Below are positions 54,724 to 64,000 of a DNA stretch of 64,000 nucleotides, one piece after another. The notes below the pieces were generated by a model, which saw only the letters and a program-made list of their open reading frames with translations, did no database searches and was not told the origin of the DNA. Numbering within the stretch: the first letter of the stretch is position 1; each line of letters begins with the position of its first letter. This stretch comes from Lama glama (lineage: Eukaryota). Location: contig CM052817.1 of assembly GCA_028534125.1 (NCBI GenBank), positions 87,422,001 through 87,486,000 on the forward strand, written 5' to 3'. The position numbers and the translations under genes are program-made.

Positions 54724-54849
54724 TGGAGTGACCACTGAATTTACTGTCTAAATCAGCACAATTTGAGAGTGAAAAGAACACCATTAATAATTTTGCTGAA
54801 ACAAGTTTGAATCAGGTTGTTGAAGGCAAACCTGTGCTTGTAATTCCTA
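54724..54849. mobile_element. MER94-like hAT-Blackjack MITE
   Basis: 'gagtgaccactgaatttactgtctaaa...tttgagagtgaaaag...attaataatt...ggcaaacc' matches the short MER94 layout. Confidence 0.6.
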
Positions 54850-55514
54850 TAAGTATTTTCAGAGCCGGAATAGGGATTTTTAATTGGTTTTGTCTGATTG
54901 CAAACAACATATAGTACATTCTGCCAACCAAACAGATACTTTAAAAATAAACAACAGTGTTGATGAAATTATGTAGCTATTCATTTTGAGTAAGTCGAGT
55001 AAAAGATAAACACAGAAAAAAAGCCATTTTAGAGAGTTAAGAAGGAATGCCGTCACATCTTTTCCTGGAGGAGTCTAGGTACCACGGCCCACTCCCTGTT
55101 TTTGCTGTCATTAAAATGGAAAACTTGGACTTCCATGACTCATTGATTTCTTTCAATCATTAGTCAATTATCCATCAGCAAATAATGGTTGTCCTTGTGC
55201 ATTTGGGCATCTCTGGATCCTAGAACTGTAAAATGTTCAAAATTTTTAGTATCCATTCAATGAAAAAATTTTTGTTTTCCTCCTCACCAAAGATGAAATG
55301 GCTTCCTTCCAGCTCTCATCTCCAAGGGAAAATGTTTCCTACATCTCCTCTCCTACACCCCATCCCACATCACAGCACAAGCTCCATTTTATTTTCCAAA
55401 GTCATGTTGTATTTTCTCCTTGGTACTAACTACTAGATGAATCGATATTATTGATTTATTTAAATGTTTGTTTATAGACTGTTTCATTTCTCTAAAATAT
55501 AAGTTATTTGAGGT

Positions 55515-55596
55515 TTGATCTGTCAATACTTTATCCCTAATGACTAGGAGAATGCTTGATCTGTCATTACTTTATCCCTAATGACTAGGAGAATGC
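55515..55596. repeat. 41-bp tandem duplication (one mismatch) within a decayed L2 3' end
   Basis: ttgatctgtca(a/t)tactttatccctaatgactaggagaatgc occurs at 55515-55555 and 55556-55596. Confidence 0.95.
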
Positions 55597-55939
55597 TTGG
55601 AATAATAGGTGATCAATACATATTTGTAGGATTAATAAAATATTTGTTTCCAAAATGAAACAGTATTGAAAAGTTCACCAAGTCAGCTAGTTTTGGAAAA
55701 TTTTATCAAACAATGATGTTAATTAGAACATAGGTGGCAAGCATGAACCACAGTCATTTCAGCAGTCAAATGTTTTATAGCTGGAAGATATTGGAGCATT
55801 AAAACTGGCCAGTAATGTAATTTTTGTAAAGAAAAAACGAAATGAAAAAGACACATCTGTTAGATAATTTTAATGATTTAACTATTTTAACAAAGCACAC
55901 TATTGCTGTTTGTGAAAATCTGAAAATAGTGTATGTATA

Positions 55940-55942
<3 letters not shown>

Positions 55943-55970
<28 letters not shown>
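55943..55970. repeat. (AT)n microsatellite
   Basis: Seen directly. Confidence 0.95.
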
Positions 55971-55973
<3 letters not shown>

Positions 55974-56105
55974 ATATATGATCCTGATTTCTGAATGAGA
56001 ACAAAGGATTTTGAATGCAAATCTGAATTTATATAAGAGACAAATAACAGTATTAGGATTAAGGTTTATTGACAGATATGCCATTCCACATATGCTGGGT
56101 AAGTA

Positions 56106-56145
<40 letters not shown>

Positions 56146-56165
56146 CACACATATATATATATGTA
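56106..56165. repeat. Compound (TG)n(TA)n microsatellite
   Basis: Seen directly. Confidence 0.95.
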
Positions 56166-56623
56166 TACTTCTGAGATATACACTGATAATATCCTTTATA
56201 AATATTGAGATAGACTTCATTACCACTAATTTTAGAAACACTGCATGTCTTTCTTCCAGTCATGCATGTCACACATTAAATATGAAATATAACTAAATTC
56301 TAGAAACTCAGAGTAAAAGAAAACGGAGATGTATAATGCTTACTAAGGTGAACACTGAATGCTGGCAGGCAATCTCAACATACATTGATACTGTGCATTT
56401 ATGACTCAATATTAGACTTATAAAATGTATGTTTAATAGCACATCATCTGTTTTCTTTGAATGCCTTATTATTTGCACAGCATTGTAATTCTCACATAAT
56501 ATCATATCATTTCTTATATTATTTTGACAGAGAGAACTAAAGCAATGAGATGATTCCTCACACAAGCCATCATGAGGAAAGCAATGTATCCTTCAAATCA
56601 AATATTTGCCTTCCTATCTCTAA

Positions 56624-57390
56624 TATCACTAATTATTAGAGATATGCAAATCAAAACTACAATGAGGTTTGACCTCAAACCAGTCAGAATCTATGAGTAA
56701 TATGGAGAGGTGTGGAGAAAAAAGAACCCTCCTACACTGTTGATAGGACTGTAAATTGGTGTAGTCACTATGGAGAACAATATGGAGGTTCCTTAAAAAA
56801 CTAAAAATAGAGTGAACATATGATCCAGCAATCCTACTCCTGGGCATATATCTGGACAAAAGCCGAATTAGAAAAGATATATATATATATACGTATGTGT
56901 ATTTATATAAACACACACACACAATGGAACACTACTCAGCTGTTAAAAAACAAATTTTGCCATTTGCAGTAACATGAATGGACTTGGAGGGCATTATGCT
57001 AAGTGAAGTCAGACAGAAAGACAAATACTATATGACATCACTTAGTATACGGAATCTAAAAAACATAACAAACTGGTGAACGTAACAAAAAAGAAACAGA
57101 TGCACAGATATAGAGAATAAACTAGTGGTTACCAGTGGGGGGAGGACAGAGGTGAGGGGACATATAGGGGTAGAGGAGTAAGAGGTACAAAGGAGTAAGA
57201 GGTACAAACTATTATGTATAAAATAAGCCATAAGAATATATTGTACAATACAGGGAATATAGCAACTATTTCATAATAAATATAAATGGATTATAGCCTT
57301 TAAAAATTATGAATCACTATACTGTACACATGTAACATATAATATTGTATATCAACTATATTTTAATAAAAAATATAAATAAATAAAATT
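56624..57390 (+). mobile_element. 5'-truncated L1 (ORF2 end and 3' UTR, artiodactyl-type)
   Basis: 'atgcaaatcaaaactacaatgagg...tatgatccagcaatcctactcctgggcatatat...ggacttggagggcattatgctaagtgaa...atcaactatattttaataaaaaa'. Confidence 0.93.
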
Positions 57391-57443
57391 TTTTTAAAAA
57401 GCTGAATCAACATTAAGAAAAGTGTAAAGGAGTAGCACATAAA

Positions 57444-57518
57444 GGGGTGAGGGTATATATAGCTCAAGTGGTAGAGTGCATGCCTAGCATACACAAGGTC
57501 CTGGGTTCAATCCCCAGT
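57444..57518 (+). mobile_element. tRNA-Ala(AGC)-derived SINE head (camelid Vic-1-like), lacking a tail
   Basis: A box tagctcaagtgg (57460-57471), B box ggttcaatccc (57504-57514), anticodon-arm remnant gtgcatgcctAGCatacac. Confidence 0.85.
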
Positions 57519-60109
57519 CATGACAACCTGGGATGGAATTATAAGCACAGTCTTGGCTGAGAAACATGTCTTCCTTCCTTCCACCATCACTGGCTGTTTA
57601 GAATCAAAGTCAGGCAAAAGTAAGGCCAGCCATCCTCTTGAGAGAGACAGAGGGGACTGCTAAGTGAGGATTAGATTATGATTGAAATTTGAGTTTCTTT
57701 CATATTGTAATGGTAGCTCAGGAAAAGAAAACAAAGGTCAGTGCTCAGTGCTGGAGTTCCGGGTTCAAGGTAAGCATCTTACCCACAGAGTTGTGTTTTG
57801 GGTAATATCAGATCCCCGCCCAATCCCAAGCCTACTGTCCCCAGCACTGAACAAAAAACACAGAGTGCAAATAACACAGGAAGAGATGATAGAAAAGTCA
57901 GAGTTCCAGGTTACCATGGGGCCCAGCTCTGTTCACATATGGAATGAAATTCCTGTCGCTAGAGGCACTTCTATGAATTGAAGTGAAATAATTATCTCCA
58001 AAAAATTACTATTAAAATATACAAAAGGTTCAGCCCTCATTAAGACACTGTCACAGTTTACTTTGACAAATTAAAAAAAAAAATGCTCTCAGAGTTCTTC
58101 AAATAAAAGGAAATACAATGTCAGTTTTCTTCAGGAAATTGAAAATATCCCAAACATGGTGCTGGGTGGAAAAGGAAGGTCTACAAAGGACTCCACAGTG
58201 AAGCGTGACCACCTGAGGGTTGTGACTGAAGTCTGAGGAACCAGAGTGCCTAAGGTAGGCAGACTGCAGTGAGTCTAAAAGCAATTCTGACTTGCTTCCC
58301 TACAGTTTCACCTAGGGTTGTTTCTGATATGGCCATGTTTATGATGTGCCGGGACATGTAAAATGTCTCCTTCCGTATTTTAAGGGAGTTGAGGAAAGAG
58401 ATTAGATCTGCAGACTTTAGTATGCTGCGAAAGTGCAGCATTAATTTTGAAATTTTCTGACAGCATAGATGGTTTATTAAAATAAGCTTTTAGGAAACAT
58501 TATAAAGTATGTTTTTTTCTAAAAGTTTCATTTTATTAAAAAAGCAGAAACTATGACTGTATTTAGGTCTTCCTGAAGCCAAGGGGTAATATTAATGATC
58601 TTTCAAAACACTTTCTCTCTTTAAAATGATTTTATAAGATTTTGTAAACATGAAGAAATACTATATATTTTATCTTTTAACATATATATATGGATATATA
58701 TCAATGTAAAATAAACTAAGGAATATATGCTTAAAAGACTTCTTTGCAATTACCTAAATCTGAAGTTAAAGTTTAAGAATAGCCCTAACATTTCTTTGGA
58801 CCAATAGAATTATAATCATTATAAAAATACACCCCAGTAGAAATTTTGTTTCAATATGTAATGTTGTAATATATCCAGACTATTTGAAGGTGCTTAAGAG
58901 AGATGTGGTTCCATGAGAGATGAATTCATATTTTTCACTTCAACCTACCTGAGCTGGAGAATCTCTGGTAATTAGAGCAATTACTGAGCTTGTGCCTTAG
59001 AGGTCATTCTTCATGGGTGACAGTGGAAGAAACATTACAATATATCTCATTTAGGTAATTACTCGGTGTTAATTATACAACACTATTAAAAATACAATCT
59101 GTATACATGGGGTACTTTATTTATTTATTTCCTGCTTTTTCTGTCTCTTACTTATGGATAGACTAGTCATTCTGGGGCTATGGCTAAAATCACATTCCCC
59201 TGTTTTCATTTTCTTTTGATCTTGAATCATTTATATTATGATTAAATGAAAAACAACAATATGCATCAATGTTATCATCACAACCCTTTAATTGTGTGAG
59301 ATTCCATCTGAATTATTTACTGCTGGGATAAGAATATTAACTATTGTACTATGGCAGGAGAGTGTGCATCTAGAAGAAGAGGATATACTTACTATTCCTC
59401 TCAAACTCCTATGTTTTAAAGCTTTTCCTGATTCTATTTCTGCCCTGTGTGTGAATAATTATGTAAAAATATGGTCAAATTCTAGATTCAAGTACAACAT
59501 ACAGCATTTAGAGCTTCTGGGTGATAATCCCATTGTCAAATGTTTCAACTGCAATAGAAAGGATTTAAGTCACAATCCAAGTCTACATGAAGAAACTATA
59601 ACCAAGTAGCCACTAGCATCTGGTCCTAAGCTCTCCAATTACCCATTTGATAAGACGTTAATTAATGCTTTCAGATAGAAACAGAAAATAAGCATCAACC
59701 TTACACTGATCCAAAGCCATTATTTTGAGGAAATGACAATGAGAGAGTCTATAAATTATTTGAAAAAGTCACACCGTTCACAGTAATTTAGTGAACAAAA
59801 AAATAAATAAGTTTCTCTTTTTTTAGGTCAAATAGATGTGATCATGTTGCAAGAAAACAAACGTTATTTTTTCTTATAAAGTATACAATCAAGAAGAAGT
59901 CTGGCTATGAGCAAACAAAATAATTGAGTATTTCCCCTTTTATTATTTGTGCTGAATTATCTCCTTACTGTGCCAAAACATACTAATACAGTAAGGAATT
60001 CAGCAGTGATTCTATGGACAGCTTTGTCAATTTTAACACCTGAACACCAGCCTACAGCAATTCAACTGGCAATTCAACATGTACCTGTTGAAAATAGCTA
60101 CAGTGGAGC

Positions 60110-60451
60110 TGTCTTATTTCATTCCAGCTGCTGTAACAAAAATACCATAAACTTAAACAACAAGTTCTGGAGTCTGGGAAGTCCAGGATCAAGGTATGGG
60201 CAGATCTGGTGTCTAGTGGAGGACTACTTCCTGGTTCATAGATGGCCATCTTCTCCCTGAGTCCTCATTTGGCAGAAAGGGGTAAGAGAACCCTCTGCGG
60301 TCTCTCTCATAGCGGTACTAACCCCATTCAAGAGGGCTTTACCCTTAAGGCTTAATTACCTCCTAAAGGCTCCATCTCCTAATACTATCACATTAGGGGT
60401 TAGGTTTCAACATATGAATTTGGGGGGAAGACAAAGATTCAGTCTATAGCA
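60110..60451 (-). mobile_element. MaLR solo LTR (MLT1A0-like) with near-perfect 5-bp TSD
   Basis: TG...CA termini, flanks ggagc and gaagc, body 'gttctggagtctgggaagtcca...tttcaacatatgaattt...attcagtctatagca'. Confidence 0.92.
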
Positions 60452-63400
60452 GAAGCTGCCTACCTGGCAGTACTACTTGTCACCACACGCTACTTGTTAC
60501 ATCTTACCTTACCTCCTATTGTCAAATTAGGATTGTGTATTCCTTTAAGGATATTTGACATTGCTTTTAAAAAATTGTGTTTGATTTAATTTGCAAATTA
60601 TTTAATCAATATATTAAATCATTATCAGGATTATCTGATATTCAGCTATCTAAACTGAAAATAGTAAGTGAGTCTAACTCAGTTTTTCTTACCTAAGACA
60701 ATTTAACTAAACTGTAAAATACAATGAACCTCATTTCATAACTGCAGAAAAGTCACCTTAGTATTCTGGAAATTAGTGTAGTTGTAAGTTGTCAGCGTTT
60801 TGATCTCTGTTCACCAGTGGGATCAGGCTCATGTTCTTGTAGATAAATTTAATTAAAGAGTTTGATATGTTATGATTAAGTGATGTGCACTCTTAAGACT
60901 AGCTGAAGTATACTGCTAAAATTATTTAATAAGTGGAGAAGAAGGTTAAGAAAAAGGTAAAAAATTAAATAGCATTATGTTTTAAAACTTTTTTCAACAT
61001 TGTAGATTTGATCTTAAATAGGAAACATTAGGAACAGGTTGGAAGGTCATTTAATTAAGAGATCTCAGGAATGCTCAGACATGTCTTAATTTAAATACTG
61101 AACTTGACACATCACAGAATTTATTTGAAATTATTCCACATTTTTTATGGGTGAAGACGAAATAATATCATGATACATAAATGAATTCCTGCCATAGTTA
61201 CAGCACTGAAGAATGCTACACAGCCTACTTAAGAAGAGGAAGACAACCTATATGGACATACATAGTGAAACAATTTCATAACTATATAGTACGAAAGCTC
61301 AGAGATTAAAGTTTTATTGAATTATAAGCTATGTGTAGAAAAATTATAGATGTGGGCTACCAATTACGGCAGAACAGACCTGTTGGCCCAATTTTTCTTC
61401 CCTGTGCTCATATTTAGAAAAAAGTTTACAAGAAAGTAATAACTGCTCCTCATCCAATGCTAGATGTTAGATTTTTGATATCTTTTAATTAATTGTTTTA
61501 TTTCATATTCAAAACAATTTTGCTTTTCTGGCTAATATTAAAAAAGTTGTAATTTTTAAAGATTACCAATGCAATATCATGAAATGTAATTATGAGAATG
61601 ACAAATCCATACTTTTGTGTTTGTGCTAAATCCTACTCAATTAAAATGATATACATAAAATAATTAATTATATATGAAGTATTAACATATTGTAAAACCT
61701 AAATTTGAAAATGTATCTTTTTTATGAGTGGAATAGGAAAGTCAGTGACAAGGTGAATAGCAGTACAAATATTACATCAAAACAACAATAAAATGAAAAT
61801 AAAAGCCCAATAGTTTATTTGCCTATTAACATTAGTCCCCATTAAAATTGAGGCTATAATTGTTCTGTTCACCATATAGGGAGAGATTTTGGCAAAATGA
61901 TATTGCTAATAGTTTCGGAACCCTTTAGGTAACACTGTAGCCACAATGTCAGTGATTCTACAGTAGGTATGAACTCCAAGAAGGAGTCAGCTTGCAATGC
62001 AGAGAATTCCCACTGCCGGTCGGGACTTCTGGGTTAAAGTGCTTTAAATAATGTATGTAGTCAAAACAAATTTAGATACACTGATTAATTTAGCTTTCAG
62101 AGTAAGGAATTTTATTAGAAAATGTTCTTTTCAAGCACTGAAAAAAATCTTTAAAGTGTATATAAGCCTTGGGGAGTTATTTCAACTAACGACACAGCCT
62201 GAAAAGAACTGAAGCAGCATAATTCCATGTCTGAAGTTTAGATTGATTGTCACTACAGTATAGAATTTTATGGCCTCTCTGAAACAAAGAAAATATCACC
62301 TTCTAATGTGAAGTCATAATTTAATTTCCTTAGTTGATATAAACTATTTTGCTGACTTTTAACAAACCCAGGAAAATGCTTAATGTTCATATATGTCTTC
62401 AGATATTATATGTGTCCATGACCTGAGCCAATAAAAATGGGTTGCAGGATTAGATATAAATTAAGTGGGGCTAGTTTACCCTTTCATTTTATGTAAAGAA
62501 TTTTGGATAAATAATAAGGAAGGTTTGTTATCCTTTGCCAGACTACGTGGAGGCTGCTTGGCTGTGGCAATATGGATACAAGGTACTAGATGATTCCAAC
62601 ATGTGTCTGGAAATGTCCACTGGAGACATGGGACCTAAAGATTTTGAGACCCAGGGAATATACCATCTCCCAGGGTCAACTTTAAAGTAGTCTGTTCATT
62701 GCCAAAAATATTTTTGTTAAAATATGTGAAAGTCATCATAACAGTAGCCTAAATTTTTAATTTACCATTAAACTCTAATTATTTTTAGTCTACTCACATT
62801 TGTATAAGGTTTTAATGTATATGCAGCAAAGATGTACTTTTAATATTTTCTCCCTCATACTTGGAAAGTAATTTGATAGTATCAATTGACATGGTTCCAC
62901 CAAATAGTTCCAGTTAATATCATCTATTTTAATAAATTAATCTTTAGTTTTAGCACATATATGTATACACAATATACAGTTCAATTGTACATTGTCTTCT
63001 CATATGTTGTGCTCACAGATAATTCAGTTTTTTTGTGTTCTTGTGTAAAACCTAGGTAGACACAGTAATTAAATATTAAGTATTTTAGTGCCAATGGCAG
63101 TAATGATTTTTGTCTCTTGTTAAAACTTCTGTTGCCTCAACTATTCATAACCGTACTCTGGAGTGGCTAAATAATATGTATTATGGACTCACCAATTAGG
63201 GCCCTGCTTCCTTAAAATCCTAGTTGCAAATCAGAGCTTGACTACACTAAATAGGAGCAATTGTGTTTCTCACTTAGTTCAACTTCAACAAATTCTTTCT
63301 TAAAGCCTTTAGGAAAAAAACATACGATTTAATCAGCCTTGAATCTGTGATAGTTTTCGGAAATGAACTTGGTACATTTTTAAATTAGTTTTATATGCAC

Positions 63401-64000
63401 AACTGCAAGCTATTGCTTTGATTACCCAAGTTGCCAAGTGCTGCTGAGTGCGGATGGGCACTTGTTTACTAGTAGAGAGCAGTGTCTTCTCACTGGGTAG
63501 CATAAATGAATCATTACCTGTGGGCCATTAATGCTTCAGTGGTCACAATGCCTTCTTTATAGGCATGCCAAGCAAGGTAGGTAAAATCAACACATACAGG
63601 GCTAAGTCCATAGTAACTACCCAGCAGAGAATAGAGGTAATTAACTGGAAAATGCAGTGTAACACAAAAAATATTTAGGAAAAACTTGTAATGAAAAAAA
63701 AAACACACACACACAATACATTCACCCAGTTCCCAACATTTGTCCCAAACTGTAATTAAATTGCATTTACCCCTCACCCTGCCATCCTTGCCCTAAGAAC
63801 AGGAATATTATTTCAAATTATGATTTGGGTATATATCATACCCCAAACCTTAGTAAGAGATCATTGATTAAGTAAATAGCTTAAGTGAAATAGAGACTAG
63901 CCATTTTTAAAAATATTATTCACTTTTAATCATTAGAATACAGGACTTGAAGTTCAGAATATTGCGTTTATTTTTGTTCTGCGATGTGTCAATATGAAAA

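Noticed and set aside
55799..56296. Stack of overlapping ORFs on both strands
   Set aside because: Caused by stop-free (TA)n/(TG)n microsatellites (YIYI, HTHT, VCVC peptides).
57444..57518. Functional tRNA-Ala gene
   Set aside because: An extra 'tata' in the 5' part, mismatched stems, no complete 3' acceptor strand and no nearby T-run terminator fit a SINE head better.

Overview
AT-rich, CpG-poor eutherian non-coding DNA, either intergenic or deep intronic. I find no credible protein-coding gene, rRNA, functional tRNA or CRISPR-type system. Most recognisable content is interspersed repeat: old L1M/L1ME, L2 and MIR fragments; MaLR (MLT1), MLT2 and ERVL LTRs with internal remnants; one solo ERV1-type LTR with a 4-bp target-site duplication (TSD); Tigger1, MER5A and MER94-like DNA transposon fossils; several younger L1 3' ends, one with a perfect 15-bp TSD; and one tRNA-Ala-derived SINE head. 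The SINE, the style of the young L1 3' ends and the absence of Alu, B1, Bov-A, PRE-1 and Can-SINE point to a camelid genome (inference). The ORFs in the track look like chance ORFs or repeat read-through, apart from one L1 ORF2p C-terminal remnant. The best leads are a candidate minus-strand exon at 63518-63644 beside a transcription-factor motif cluster, an enhancer-like stretch near 11.1-11.6 kb, an unevenly diverged ~134-bp tandem duplication, a possible L1 3' transduction and a tailless SINE. I do not see evidence for a novel biological system. Repeat families were assigned from remembered consensus sequences, and their boundaries are approximate (tens of bp) unless a TSD is cited.
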